Shown one piece after another: positions 18,747 to 29,845 of a stretch of 64,000 nucleotides of DNA. The position numbers and the translations under genes were made by a program. The notes under the pieces were generated by a model. The model did not search any database. It saw only the letters and a list, made by a program, of their open reading frames with translations, and was not told where the DNA came from. How positions within the stretch are numbered: position 1 is the stretch's first letter; every line of letters begins with the position of its first letter. Source of the DNA: Candidatus Poribacteria bacterium. GTDB lineage: Bacteria > Poribacteria > WGA-4E > UBA9662. The stretch covers positions 132,727 to 196,726 of the forward strand of contig JAYZAL010000036.1 in NCBI GenBank assembly GCA_036339735.1, given 5' to 3'.

Positions 18747-19325
18747 ATGCGAATTCAGTACAATTCCCCTGTCATCTTAACATTCTCTATCGTTGTCGTC
18801 TTGATTCACGTTTTTAGTGAGTTTACGTCTATCGATATATCTAAGCATTTTTTCACAATTTATGATCCTATGTCAATCAAAGATCCTATAGCCTACTTCC
18901 GCTTATTCTCACATATACTCGGTCATGCTAGCTGGAGCCACCTAACAGGAAATTTGACTCTTGTTTTATTACTCGGTCCAATCCTAGAAGAGCGGTACGG
19001 TAGTCGAACAGTATTAATCATGATTCTTGCTACTGCTCTGATTACTGGGTTTGTACACATAGCAGTTCCTCTATTCGATAATATGGGGCTACGTGGAGCT
19101 AGTGGTATTGTTTTTATGCTGATAGTTTTATCATCATTCGTTAATGTTAAACGTGGTACTATTCCTCTGACCTTCATTTTGATTGCTATTCTCTATTTAG
19201 GTAAAGAAGTAGTTAACGTTTTACAACATGATAATATATCTCAAATGGCACATATTGTCGGCGGGGCATTAGGTTCATTTTTTGGATTTGCACTGCAAGA
19301 CGATAGTTCACCATCGACCACTTAA
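18747..19325 (+). CDS. Rhomboid-family intramembrane serine protease
   Basis: Polytopic membrane protein with the GxSG motif (GASGIVFML) and a downstream catalytic His (AHIVGGALGSF). Confidence 0.6.
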   Translation: MRIQYNSPVILTFSIVVVLIHVFSEFTSIDISKHFFTIYDPMSIKDPIAYFRLFSHILGHASWSHLTGNLTLVLLLGPILEERYGSRTVLIMILATALITGFVHIAVPLFDNMGLRGASGIVFMLIVLSSFVNVKRGTIPLTFILIAILYLGKEVVNVLQHDNISQMAHIVGGALGSFFGFALQDDSSPSTT

Positions 19326-19353
19326 ATAATTATTTATTATTTCCGAGTAAGTT

Positions 19354-20472
19354 ATGCACGATCCAAGATTCGATCAACTAGCAAGCCTATTGGTTAATCA
19401 TTCCACCAAAATTCAATTCGATGAGCGTGTACTTATCGAGGCTACTGATGTCCCAGCGGAGATGATAATTGCAGTTATAAGAGCTGTTCGACAAGCAGGA
19501 GGCATTCCACTAGTAGAACTAAAACAAAATCGTATTCAGCGAGAATTATTGAAAGCCAGCCGCGTGGAAGGGCTTCAAGAAATCGCTGATTATGAAACTT
19601 ATCGGATGAGTAAAGTACAAGCATACATAGGAATTCGTGGAGGTGATAATACTGCAGAGCTATCCGATGTGCCGAGCTTGGCCATGAAAAATTATCAAGA
19701 ATATTGGCTAAAACCTGTCCACTTTGACATGCGGGTGCCCAAAACTAAGTGGGTGGTTTTACGTTGGCCAACATCTTCTATGGCCCAACAAGCCAAGATG
19801 AGCACAGAAGCCTTCGAAGATTTTTACTTTCGAGTTTGTACCTTCGATTACGATCGAATGGCTAAAGCAATTCAACCATTACAGAAAATAATGGAGCGAG
19901 CTGAACAAATTCGCATTTTGGGTCCAGAAACCGATCTGAAGTTTAGCATCAAAAATATTTCTGCCATCCCTTGTAGTGGTGAGTGTAATATTCCTGACGG
20001 AGAATGTTTCACGGCACCAGTTCGAGAATCAGTTAATGGACACATCAGTTTTAATGTGCCTAGCCTTTATCAAGGTACAACTTTTAACGATATCTATCTA
20101 AAGTTTGAAAACGGAAAAATCGTCGAGGCATCGGCGAACAATACTACACGACTCAACGAAATTTTGAATACTGACAATGGATCTAGATATATAGGAGAAT
20201 TTTCTATTGCATTCAATCCACATATTCAGCGTCCAATGTTGGATATTTTATTTGACGAAAAAATTTCTGGTTCCTTCCATCTCACACCAGGTCAAGCATA
20301 TGAAGAAGCCGACAATGGAGTTCGTTCTAGTATTCATTGGGATATGGTTATGATCCAAAGACCAGAATTTGGTGGTGGAGAAATATACTTCGACCAGCAA
20401 TTAGTAAGGAAAGATGGGATTTTTGTACTACCTGAGCTGGAAGGGTTAAATCCTAAACAACTATCTAGTTGA
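19354..20472 (+). CDS. M29-family aminopeptidase (AmpS/PepS, aminopeptidase T-like)
   Basis: N-terminus MHDPRFDQLASLLVNHSTKIQ and overall 370-aa architecture typical of thermophilic metalloprotease M29. Confidence 0.6.
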   Translation: MHDPRFDQLASLLVNHSTKIQFDERVLIEATDVPAEMIIAVIRAVRQAGGIPLVELKQNRIQRELLKASRVEGLQEIADYETYRMSKVQAYIGIRGGDNTAELSDVPSLAMKNYQEYWLKPVHFDMRVPKTKWVVLRWPTSSMAQQAKMSTEAFEDFYFRVCTFDYDRMAKAIQPLQKIMERAEQIRILGPETDLKFSIKNISAIPCSGECNIPDGECFTAPVRESVNGHISFNVPSLYQGTTFNDIYLKFENGKIVEASANNTTRLNEILNTDNGSRYIGEFSIAFNPHIQRPMLDILFDEKISGSFHLTPGQAYEEADNGVRSSIHWDMVMIQRPEFGGGEIYFDQQLVRKDGIFVLPELEGLNPKQLSS

Positions 20473-20667
20473 ATAACAAAGAAAACAGTTTGGTAACAGC
20501 CCAGTGCTATCCCAAAATTGTAGCTAACGAGATTGTTATCGTTTAAGTATCAAATTTTGCACGCAAGAGTTTTTTGTACAAAGGGTGTCTGTATCTGTAA
20601 AAGAGGGAAAATTTCAATAAGGGATAGAATACAAAAAATGAGGGGATAACCTGAAGGATTGAAACAA

Positions 20668-21741
20668 CTAAAAATTTCCAGAAATAGAAATCCGTTGCGA
20701 AGGCCCGAGTTCATGAGGGGTAAATGCGTAATCAGTTAACAATGTCGCTTCTCCTAAGCGAAGTTGAAAACCTGCACCGGCTGAAAAATTGCGGCCATCT
20801 TGCCCCACTCGAACAGCCAAGATATCGAACAACCAAAGTTCGCTACCATACCGAGGTGTCCATTGTCTTTGTTGTTCATCAAGGTCTTGGTCTACGGTAT
20901 CTTGCAAACCTGTTTGTAAATCAAGGCCAAGGCGTAATCGCCCAAATTGAGCCAAATTCAAGTTGTAAGATATACCAAACCGAAGGGTAGATCGACGAGT
21001 AAAAGTCGGAGATGATTCAGTTTTTGACCACTTGATTTGTGTTCCGGTTGCATCCAACAATAATGCCCCTAAATGTAGGTTTTTAACCGGTTGGTACATC
21101 AGTCCAAGATCGAGACCTAGGCCATTGCCCGAACTTTGAAAGACTGTTTGTCTAATAATTTTTAGGTTGCCACCAACCGATAGGATGGGACTGATTTCTC
21201 GTGCAAGGGATAACAGCAAAGCATTATCTGCATTGCTAAAATATTCTGCGACCACTGGTCGATCGATGTAGAGTTCCCCCTCTTCCTTAATTCCATTTCC
21301 ATTTTTATCTTGAAAGTCTCCTAATTTACCATTGCTATTAATGTCGATGAACGTAGTACGGGGAATTTGATCAATGCCCAATCGAATCCAACTGACACCC
21401 AGTACACCAATATCCACTACCCGCTGTATGTAATTGACAAAACTATATTGTACTAAGCCTTTACGCAAAAAAGCACCCTGACCGGAACCAAATGTGTCGG
21501 AATACATCATTGAAAAGGCGTGCTTGCTAACTTGGGTTAAACCTGCTGGATTCCAATAGGCTGCCGTAGCATCATCGGCGATAGAGACAAAGACACTTCC
21601 CATACCTAGAGCCCTGGCACCGACACCATGATTCAGAAATTCAGCCACATAATTTCCTTTTTCTGCAGATTGAGTCACTGATGCACTTACGGAAAAAAAA
21701 ATCAGGTAAAGAATTAAAAGGATACGATTTTGGGTCAGCAT
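20668..21741 (-). CDS. Outer-membrane beta-barrel protein (unknown family)
   Basis: Signal peptide, alternating amphipathic strands, and a C-terminal aromatic residue (…ISISGNF). Confidence 0.5.
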   Translation of the reverse strand: MLTQNRILLILYLIFFSVSASVTQSAEKGNYVAEFLNHGVGARALGMGSVFVSIADDATAAYWNPAGLTQVSKHAFSMMYSDTFGSGQGAFLRKGLVQYSFVNYIQRVVDIGVLGVSWIRLGIDQIPRTTFIDINSNGKLGDFQDKNGNGIKEEGELYIDRPVVAEYFSNADNALLLSLAREISPILSVGGNLKIIRQTVFQSSGNGLGLDLGLMYQPVKNLHLGALLLDATGTQIKWSKTESSPTFTRRSTLRFGISYNLNLAQFGRLRLGLDLQTGLQDTVDQDLDEQQRQWTPRYGSELWLFDILAVRVGQDGRNFSAGAGFQLRLGEATLLTDYAFTPHELGPSQRISISGNF

Positions 21742-21841
21742 AATTGGTATTGTAACATATTCAGACTAATCGTCCCCCAAATTTTCAGCTGGATATTATT
21801 CTTAATTTTCTGCATAATGTTAGGTGTGATTTTGGAGCGAA

Positions 21842-23251
21842 TTGTGTATGCGACCTCATATTGTCTATATTTTATCTGATGAACACTCGGGAATGGCCAT
21901 GAGCCATGCAGGAGATCCAAATGTTAGTACGCCTAATATGGATCGAATGGCTAACCAAGGAGTCAGTTTTACTAATGCCTACGCTAATTGTCCGATTTGC
22001 ACCCCATCGAGGGGAATGATTTTCTCCGGACGTTATGCTCATTCAGGTCCTGTACAGTATTTTTTCGATGTTTATAAAGCGACAGCACCAAGCACAGCTA
22101 CCATCCTACGTGATGTGGGTTATCACACGGCCTATTTCGGCAAGTGGCACTGCGGTGTCGTTCAAGATCAATTGCCAGAAACGGTTCGAAATGATAGGGA
22201 AAACTACACGCGTTGGCCTCACCGGACCCCCGAATATCATCGAGCAGGTTTTCAAGATTGGCATGGTTTTGAAATCAATAATGCCCCTTTTAAGGGATTT
22301 TACTATCATCAGGATGAAACTGACCCCCGCTGGCTAGAAAAGTACCAAACCGACGCTCTGACGGATATGACTTTATCTTACTTAGATTCGTATGAACAAG
22401 AAGAACCATTATTTTTAGTACTTAGTGTCGAACCACCTCACTTTCCCTTAGAGGCGCCAGAAGAGTTTATGCGCTTTAATCCCAATAGTCTACAAATACG
22501 TCCTAACTTTGCTGATTCGCCTCGAATGCGGGAACAATTAGCAACATACTATGCGATGATTGAAAATCTGGATTGGAATATAGGCCGGGTTTTAGATAAG
22601 CTTAATTGTTTGCCGAAATTCCAAAATAATACATTGACGGTCTACTTCTCGGATCATGGAGACTTTATGGGTAGCCACGGTGCAATCAATCGTAAAGAAT
22701 ATCCACATCAGGAATCAGTTCGGATTCCTACAATTTTTCATTTTCCGACTCAATTACCAGCTCAGCCCAACCGAAACGACTTATTCAGTTTAGTAGATCT
22801 TCTACCAACCACATTGGGTCTCGTTGATGTCACTCAGCCTGCCTATCTCCAAGGTACAGATTTCTCTCCAGCAGTACGTAATGAGGATTTCACTGGTCCC
22901 AGCAGTATTCTTCTTGAAATGTGTGGTAATCCTAGGTGGAGCCTAGACTTTTTGGACTGGCGAGCACTTGTAACCAGCGAGTGGAAGTATGCTTATTTTG
23001 AGACCGGCCATGAATTACTATTTGATTTGTCCAAAGATCCTTATGAGCAGAACAATCTAGCATCAAGTGAACCAAAGCAAAAGCAATATTTCCGTCAGGA
23101 GCTACTGAATGTTCTATCACATACAAGAGAACCATATTTTGATATTCTAATGGAAAATGGAACCTCGATCGAGGGACCGGTGAAGGATGTTTCAGGAGCA
23201 AAACGAGGTGGGCTGGCACCAACCTGGGATGATCAATCAATTCTATCATGA
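21842..23251 (+). CDS. Sulfatase (arylsulfatase family; formylglycine-dependent)
   Basis: Sulfatase signature C-T-P-S-R (CTPSRGMIFSGRY) and the metal-binding region; no signal peptide is evident. Confidence 0.75.
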   Translation: MCMRPHIVYILSDEHSGMAMSHAGDPNVSTPNMDRMANQGVSFTNAYANCPICTPSRGMIFSGRYAHSGPVQYFFDVYKATAPSTATILRDVGYHTAYFGKWHCGVVQDQLPETVRNDRENYTRWPHRTPEYHRAGFQDWHGFEINNAPFKGFYYHQDETDPRWLEKYQTDALTDMTLSYLDSYEQEEPLFLVLSVEPPHFPLEAPEEFMRFNPNSLQIRPNFADSPRMREQLATYYAMIENLDWNIGRVLDKLNCLPKFQNNTLTVYFSDHGDFMGSHGAINRKEYPHQESVRIPTIFHFPTQLPAQPNRNDLFSLVDLLPTTLGLVDVTQPAYLQGTDFSPAVRNEDFTGPSSILLEMCGNPRWSLDFLDWRALVTSEWKYAYFETGHELLFDLSKDPYEQNNLASSEPKQKQYFRQELLNVLSHTREPYFDILMENGTSIEGPVKDVSGAKRGGLAPTWDDQSILS

Positions 23252-25296
23252 AAAAAACACAGATATTACCTCATACATCGCACCCAGAACTTGAAGAACA
23301 AGCTCTGGCCTTACGTAAAAATGGTCGCTTGACAGAAGCCACCAATCTATGTCGGGAAATAATCGACAACAATCCTGCCAATTTTAAGGCCCTGCATTTA
23401 TTAGGCATAATAGCAATTGAGACTCAGCAATATGAACAAGGAGTCGAATTTCTAATGCAAGCATTAGAAATTTTTCCCTTGTATGTGGAGGCCTATATTA
23501 ATCTTGGAGTAGCTTTGGAAAAATTAGAATTGTTTGAAGACGCGCAGTTTTGCTTCCAAAAATCCATTGAGATCGAGCCTCTGCAATTTTCCGGCTACCA
23601 TAACTTAGCATCTTTTTATAAAAAACAGGATAGATGGGCTGATGTTGTGTCTATTCTTGAAGACGGAATTGAAGCTGGAGAAAAATATCGACTCGAATTG
23701 AATACAGATGATAATACCCTGGAACCATCTTTCACTGATCTGTACTTCCGCTTAGGATTAATCCAAAAAGAACAAAACCAAATCGAATCTGCTATTCGTA
23801 ACTTTGAAACAGTTCTGCTTTTGGATCCAATTCAAGAGGAGGCTCATTTCCGCCTAGCGGAGCTATTATTTGAACGCTTAAAGAACGAGTACCCACAACA
23901 GCTTGAGGCAACAGCTCTGATTAACCGCCAACTGCAAGATAAAGTTACTTCCAACCTTGATCTGGATGACATCAATCGCATTATCCAACTCTACCAAGAG
24001 GGGCTGAGAATTAACCCGAAAGACCATAGAGCTCATCATAATTTGGGGTTTGTACAGATGTTATCAGGTCAACATCAAGCTGCCGAAAAGTCATTTAAAA
24101 AGGCAATTGATCTCGATTCCAACCATTCCCCTTCTTACTCTAAATTGGGAGATATTTTTAGTGATCGCAATGATATAGAACAGGCAATCCACTACTACCA
24201 AGAAGGCTTAAGGGTCCAACCTAATGACTTCATTACCCGAGCCAATCTGGGGATTGCTCTAATGCACAAGGGTGAAATAGAAGCAGCCATTAGTGAATTG
24301 AGAATCGCTATTGCCCTCAACCCTGATTCGGCAGAAGTCCACTTCAACTTGAGTTCCTTATTACTTTTATTGGGTAAATACGAAGAGGGTTGGTCTGAGT
24401 ATGAATATCGACTAGATATGAATTTCTTAAGTCGTAACCAAGTCCGATCACGTCAATTTACAAAAACAAAATGGGCCGGTCAGGATCTAGAAGGGAGTAC
24501 GATCTTAGTCTATGATGAACAAGGTTTTGGGGACTCGATTCAGTTTATTCGTTTTTTGCACCTCATTGAAGCAAGAGGTGGGAAAGTAATCCTAGAAACC
24601 TCACCTCTACTTTATGATCTGTTTCAACAGTTTAATCAGCTGACTATCGTCGAACAAATCATTAGTAAAGACGACTCTGATACTGATTTGGATAGTCTTA
24701 ACTATGAATATTACGCTTCATTAATCAGCCTGCCTTATCTGTTTGGTATAACCTTGGATAACATCCCAGCAGCTGATTCATATTTGGCGGGGCGGCCTGA
24801 TAAAATAGTCAGTGGAATTAGTTCAGATTCTAAGTGCGAACATAAACGAAGAGTCGGTCTGGTCTGGGCTGGCAGTAAAACTCATAGGAATGATCATAAT
24901 CGCTCCATAGACTTAAATCAACTAAAGCTACTACTGCCTAGAGAAGATTGCGAATTTTATAGCCTACAAGTAGGCAGAGAGAACAGTGAGAACGATCAGA
25001 TTCTAGGAGAGTTCGGTGTCAGCGATCTTAGTTCACAGTTGACGGACTTTTCTATGACAGCCTCGGCCATTTTACAACTTGATTTAATTATTACTGTAGA
25101 TACCGCAGTTGCACATTTAGCAGGTGCGTTGGGCAAACAAGTTTGGACGTTGATTCCATTTATCCCTGATTGGCGTTGGCTGATGGAAAGGTCGGACTCA
25201 CCATGGTATTCGTCCATGCAACTATTTCGTCAACCGAAACGTGGTGATTGGGAAAGTGTTTTGATAGAGGTTGATCAAACTCTCGATAAACTTTAA
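23248..25296 (+). CDS. TPR-repeat protein with a C-terminal glycosyltransferase-family-9 (heptosyltransferase)-like domain
   Basis: About 380 aa of TPR units, then DEQGFGDSIQFIRF resembling the GT9 GxGD.I motif. Overlaps the sulfatase stop (ATGA). Confidence 0.55.
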   Translation: MKKTQILPHTSHPELEEQALALRKNGRLTEATNLCREIIDNNPANFKALHLLGIIAIETQQYEQGVEFLMQALEIFPLYVEAYINLGVALEKLELFEDAQFCFQKSIEIEPLQFSGYHNLASFYKKQDRWADVVSILEDGIEAGEKYRLELNTDDNTLEPSFTDLYFRLGLIQKEQNQIESAIRNFETVLLLDPIQEEAHFRLAELLFERLKNEYPQQLEATALINRQLQDKVTSNLDLDDINRIIQLYQEGLRINPKDHRAHHNLGFVQMLSGQHQAAEKSFKKAIDLDSNHSPSYSKLGDIFSDRNDIEQAIHYYQEGLRVQPNDFITRANLGIALMHKGEIEAAISELRIAIALNPDSAEVHFNLSSLLLLLGKYEEGWSEYEYRLDMNFLSRNQVRSRQFTKTKWAGQDLEGSTILVYDEQGFGDSIQFIRFLHLIEARGGKVILETSPLLYDLFQQFNQLTIVEQIISKDDSDTDLDSLNYEYYASLISLPYLFGITLDNIPAADSYLAGRPDKIVSGISSDSKCEHKRRVGLVWAGSKTHRNDHNRSIDLNQLKLLLPREDCEFYSLQVGRENSENDQILGEFGVSDLSSQLTDFSMTASAILQLDLIITVDTAVAHLAGALGKQVWTLIPFIPDWRWLMERSDSPWYSSMQLFRQPKRGDWESVLIEVDQTLDKL

Positions 25297-25310
25297 CAAC
25301 AAATATAGTA

Positions 25311-26201
25311 TTAGGATAGCCAACGTCTCAAATCGCAGGTAACAGCCCAATCGCTCAGTACAATTGTACGTAATTGATTAAGAGCCTGATAATAGCGATT
25401 TTTGAGATTGCCCCACTCATTCATGAGAATCTGAGCAAATCCAGATTCTGGCCTTGCGACAGCCCGTACAATTCGGTCAAGTATAATCAAATAGAACAAC
25501 ATGACGTGTCCATCGAATTGACGTAGTGTGTTTTTATCGGTTGATTGTGCTAACACCTTTCGGTTTAGTAATGAGAAAAATTGTCCATTAGAGTTCCCAG
25601 ATCCAAGAGAAGTTAGGTACTGAACTAGCCGTCGGGTTGGCCAGTCCCAACCCACCGATTCAAAATCGATGAAGTATGGTTTCAATTGGTCGTTCAATAC
25701 GATGTTTTTTGTTTGATAGTCGAGAGGGCCAAAGGTCATTGGAGATTGTTTCAGGACGTCTATAAGTTCCTTCCACCTACCTGCTAGTACTGAAGGTTGA
25801 ACACATTTTGTCAATAATAGATTAAAAATCCTGAATCCGGTTTGACTAGTTTTATCAAAATCAAACAAGGCATTGTTGGCAGTAGCAGCCACATTAATTG
25901 AAGAAAAAGCTAGCTCCAACCTCGAATAGGCCGAAAGTACTTCACTGACGATTCGGTTGAATTTGGCTGCTGATTGCTGATTTTGGATCAAATCCTCTAG
26001 CGTTTGGTCTCCGCACCAACTCATCAGCAATAGGTATTCGTTGTCTGAATACCTTACTAAATCAGGCACAGGAAGATTGTGATCTATCTGAGATGACAAA
26101 GTTGAAAACACTGTTTTCTCAGTTTGATAGGCTAATGTGTGACTAGATGAATATTGTTTAAGTATACTAAACTTGGATCGGCTAGGGAAACTATCTGCCA
26201 A
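25311..26201 (-). CDS. Kinase-like phosphotransferase (APH/choline-kinase fold) protein
   Basis: DYQTKNIVLND catalytic-loop-like D.K..N and the downstream FIDFESVGWDWP (DFE) motif. Confidence 0.4.
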   Translation of the reverse strand: MADSFPSRSKFSILKQYSSSHTLAYQTEKTVFSTLSSQIDHNLPVPDLVRYSDNEYLLLMSWCGDQTLEDLIQNQQSAAKFNRIVSEVLSAYSRLELAFSSINVAATANNALFDFDKTSQTGFRIFNLLLTKCVQPSVLAGRWKELIDVLKQSPMTFGPLDYQTKNIVLNDQLKPYFIDFESVGWDWPTRRLVQYLTSLGSGNSNGQFFSLLNRKVLAQSTDKNTLRQFDGHVMLFYLIILDRIVRAVARPESGFAQILMNEWGNLKNRYYQALNQLRTIVLSDWAVTCDLRRWLS

Positions 26202-26277
26202 TTGTACTTTCCATACACGACGATCTAGAGTTTCTTTGATAGAACGTACATGTAAAATCGGTAATTGTACAAAAACG

Positions 26278-27279
26278 TTATTCGCCCAAATAAAGATCTC
26301 TTCCTTTTACTAAGGCTTCAATTTTACGATCAGCGATTGATCTTTTTAACATCCAAAAACCACAGTCCGGGTGGACCCACCCGATTCTGTTGGGCCCCAG
26401 TTGTCGTTCAGCGATTTCGATACGACTGGCAACCTCATCTGCGGTCTCGATATGATTGACTTTAACATCAATGACCCCAACACCAACTTTAATTCGATGA
26501 TTAATTTCAGATAGGGCTTGTAAGTCTTCTACAGGACGATGAGCCAGCTCAAGTACTAAGTGATCACAACGAAGAGCATTTAAAAAGTCAACTAAAGCTC
26601 GCCAGCTACCTTTCTGGATCACTTGGCCACCATAATTGCCAAAACAAAAATGAACGGCCTTCTCGCCTGAAATGGCATCTAAAACAGTATTTATAGCTTC
26701 AGCTGCTAGTGGACCGTCAGTGGGGTTACCTGGAATATTGGCCTCATCGACCTGTACACATGCACAATTTAAGTCTGCTACCTGAGTTGCCAAAATTTCA
26801 GCGATTTCCATCAATACACTACCAAAACAGTCATAGTGTTTATCTAATAATGTTCTAGCTAACATGTATGGGCTTGTAACGGTAAATTTTAGATTTTGTC
26901 CAGCAATGGTAGTTGCTCGTTGACATGCTACTGGTAAATTTAACTCTCCCTCGTTTAACTTATCAATAATTACACCAGCAGGTTTAGAACGGAATGCCAT
27001 CGACTGCTTAGCTACAAATTCTTGCCAATCTTGGCGTCCAACTTGCTTTTGAAGGCCTGATAACGGACGAATAAAAAATTCAATCATCCCATTGGTATCC
27101 GGATGATTGACATCAAATCGGTACAGCTCACCATCTGTAGGTAAATCGATCCCCGACTGGCGTTGAATGTCAATTACCACACGAGTTGCATCGATTAAAG
27201 CCTGCTCGCTTGGCATTGTAGATAGCCAGACCGGTACGGGATAAGAACCGACGGTAGTCGTCAAAATTGATTTAGCCAA
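26278..27279 (-). CDS. Cobalamin-independent methionine synthase MetE C-terminal-domain family protein (short form)
   Basis: N-terminal TTTVGSYPVP is typical of the MetE C-terminal catalytic domain; about 330 aa. Confidence 0.6.
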   Translation of the reverse strand: MAKSILTTTVGSYPVPVWLSTMPSEQALIDATRVVIDIQRQSGIDLPTDGELYRFDVNHPDTNGMIEFFIRPLSGLQKQVGRQDWQEFVAKQSMAFRSKPAGVIIDKLNEGELNLPVACQRATTIAGQNLKFTVTSPYMLARTLLDKHYDCFGSVLMEIAEILATQVADLNCACVQVDEANIPGNPTDGPLAAEAINTVLDAISGEKAVHFCFGNYGGQVIQKGSWRALVDFLNALRCDHLVLELAHRPVEDLQALSEINHRIKVGVGVIDVKVNHIETADEVASRIEIAERQLGPNRIGWVHPDCGFWMLKRSIADRKIEALVKGRDLYLGE

Positions 27280-27304
27280 TAGTAATCTCCTTATGGCAAC
27301 CAGT

Positions 27305-28180
27305 CTAGGTTTGAATTACAGGGTTTTCCAGCGTACCAAGATGGTCGATATGAATTCTGACAATGTCTCCACCTTTTAAGAACTTACCTGTTGCGGAACC
27401 GACACCAGCCGGTGTACCTGTCGTAATAATATCACCCGGTTCGAGTGTCAAGAACTTTGTCAAAAACTCGATCAATTGATAGACAGTAAAGATCATTTGT
27501 TGGGTACTACAATTCTGACGCTCTTCTCCTGAAACTTCGACTCGAATGGTCAAATCTTGTGGATCAGCAATTTCATCAGCAGTGGTAATATATGGGCCAG
27601 TAGGGCCAAACGTATCAAAAGACTTGGTATACCAGAAAGAAAGTTGGCGAGGTTGATCTACATGTTCAATCATGTATGGTTTCCGTTCGGATACATCGTT
27701 GTAAATCGTATATCCTGCTATGTATTCTGATGCCTGTGTAGCCGAAACTCGCTTTGCTTTTCTTCCAATGACTACAGCTAACTCACCTTCATAATCTATT
27801 TGGCGGGATTCAGCAATCAACCGAATCTCTTCCTTATGCCCTATCATTAGCTGGGTTGGAGGGACACAAAAAATCCAAGGAGCTTGGGTATGTTCGGGTT
27901 CCAGTTTCCCTCCACCTTCTTCTATATGAGCAACGAAGTTACCAGCCACGCTAAGTAGTTTTCTTGGTTGAAGTGGTGGCTTAATATGTAACTCTTCAAA
28001 CCTACCTACCTGTGGTAGGTTACCATCATCGAATGCTTGATCTACAAATGATAAAGACGTATTATTCTTATCGATCAGGTCTAAAATTGACTGGCATAAA
28101 GGTGATAGGCTGTAGACGAACTTATCAACAAGCAACCCAGGCAGCGTAACTCCATTATCAGAATAACTCAACAATTTCAT
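27305..28180 (-). CDS. Fumarylacetoacetate hydrolase (FAH)-family hydratase/isomerase
   Basis: YEGELAVVIGRKA ... YIAGYTIYNDVSER matches the FAH-family core; 291 aa. Confidence 0.65.
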   Translation of the reverse strand: MKLLSYSDNGVTLPGLLVDKFVYSLSPLCQSILDLIDKNNTSLSFVDQAFDDGNLPQVGRFEELHIKPPLQPRKLLSVAGNFVAHIEEGGGKLEPEHTQAPWIFCVPPTQLMIGHKEEIRLIAESRQIDYEGELAVVIGRKAKRVSATQASEYIAGYTIYNDVSERKPYMIEHVDQPRQLSFWYTKSFDTFGPTGPYITTADEIADPQDLTIRVEVSGEERQNCSTQQMIFTVYQLIEFLTKFLTLEPGDIITTGTPAGVGSATGKFLKGGDIVRIHIDHLGTLENPVIQT

Positions 28181-28612
28181 AAAGAATCACTGACCGAAAC
28201 ACCACCATGTAAGCTACGGTGGGTTTCCATCATTTTCCTCCTCTTCCGTATCTATTTTTTATTACACAAAAAGCTGACTAGTCTCTGTCTTTGGGGGAAA
28301 CTAGCTAGCTAACCTTAACCTCATCGAACTATTTCAGCTAGCAATCTGCCAGTTATTAAGTAAGCTGAACAGAGTTTCAGTCTACTAGAATATGTGGATT
28401 TCTAAGACCGAACCGTTTTACTTCTAGTTCAACTAATATAAAGACCGAACTCAGGAAATTATCCATGACATGAAGACGTAACCGTCAATATCTACCAAGG
28501 TTTAATTATACTTAAAATTCGGTTAGGATAATGTCTAAGCGGCTTGTTTCGTCGGATTAGACATCTACAGTCTAAAGTAGGTTAATCAAATATGCAAGAC
28601 AAAGTAGATAAT

Positions 28613-29443
28613 CTAACTAATTAAATATGATGCCCAATCTTCTACTAAGTCTGGCAAAATTTGACCAGCTAATCCTTGGTAAAATTGATCAAGATGAGTG
28701 GTGTTTTCTGGCGGTTCGAGATTGACACCTATCGACCAAGCACCCGCTTGATTTGCTAACGATAATAAGCCGGCTGCTGGATAAACATTTCCACTAGTAC
28801 CAATTACTAGAAATAGATCACAACCTAGTACCGCTTGCTCAATAGCCTGAAGGCCTAACGGAGTTTCACCGAACCAAACAATATGAGGTCGTAGGATAGA
28901 TTTCCTATCTTCACAAGATGGGCATTCAATAAATTTATCTGTCAAGTACTGGTCAGTCATTAACTCAAGCAGTATCTGGCAGTTAAGGCAACGAAGATAA
29001 CGCAATTGACCATGCATTGCAATTACATTAAGGGAGCCCGCTCGTTGGTGCAAGTCATCCACGTTTTGTGTAATTAGTGTGAATAATTGGTTGCTGTTTG
29101 ACAGCCAGAAGTCTTCCCATTCCGACTGATGGCTGAATATATTCTTTTTTTGAAGCAGTAGAGTGTTATTAAGTATTCTCTCTAATTTAGCTAAGGCGAT
29201 ATGAGCCGAGTTCGGTTGCACTTCCAATAAGCGTTTTCGGCGTTGCTGATAAAATTGCCAAACGTTTTCGCGATTTTCCTCCCAAGCTTTCGGAGTTGCC
29301 AGTTCCTCAATCCTTTGGTTATTCCATATTCCATCTTTTCCGCGAAATGTAGGGATCCCAGATTCTGCGCTAATTCCAGCTCCAGTTAGAACAACAATCC
29401 GGACTGGGCGATCCATTGGTAATTGATCAATAAAAGACCTCAT
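28613..29443 (-). CDS. cobB: NAD-dependent protein deacylase (sirtuin, Sir2/CobB family)
   Basis: GAGISAESGIPTFRG, QNVDDLH, and two CxxC zinc motifs (CLNC ... CPSC). Confidence 0.8.
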   Translation of the reverse strand: MRSFIDQLPMDRPVRIVVLTGAGISAESGIPTFRGKDGIWNNQRIEELATPKAWEENRENVWQFYQQRRKRLLEVQPNSAHIALAKLERILNNTLLLQKKNIFSHQSEWEDFWLSNSNQLFTLITQNVDDLHQRAGSLNVIAMHGQLRYLRCLNCQILLELMTDQYLTDKFIECPSCEDRKSILRPHIVWFGETPLGLQAIEQAVLGCDLFLVIGTSGNVYPAAGLLSLANQAGAWSIGVNLEPPENTTHLDQFYQGLAGQILPDLVEDWASYLIS

Positions 29444-29845
29444 TGGTTACTTAGTTACAAATGATCAAACTTGATCTACTATTTGTTCTTCTTATTGATT
29501 AAAAGCTCAATATAGCAAATGGGAAGATCTGCTAACTGATAAGTAAAAAGTAGAAAACTTTTTGCCGATGGAACTTGATTTCTTCACTCATGATCAGTGT
29601 CGTACCTAATTATTTGGTATATCATCTATCGTAATACTCTTACGAGAATGCAGCATTAGTTTTATCCATTATAGCTATCAAGTATTGTCACAAAAATACC
29701 TAGCTCGTATATTTGTTTATTCTCACATGTCATCTATTCATTTATGGTATAATCAAATGCAGTTGCACTGAACAACTAGGCTGAATTATAGCACAATCCC
29801 ACTCACAGTTAGCGTCTCGTTTTCAAGCCTTTTATTAAAAATTTT

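Noticed and set aside
28540-28612. Hairpin atgtctaa...ttagacat immediately downstream of the sirtuin gene (minus strand)
   Set aside because: An 8-bp stem with an 18-nt loop and only a weak U-tract on the transcribed strand; possibly a terminator but too weak to call.
29720-29760. Sigma70-like -10 element (tggtataat, 29745-29753) upstream of ureE
   Set aside because: A plausible extended -10, but no convincing -35 element is present and the organism's promoter consensus is unknown; not reported as a feature.
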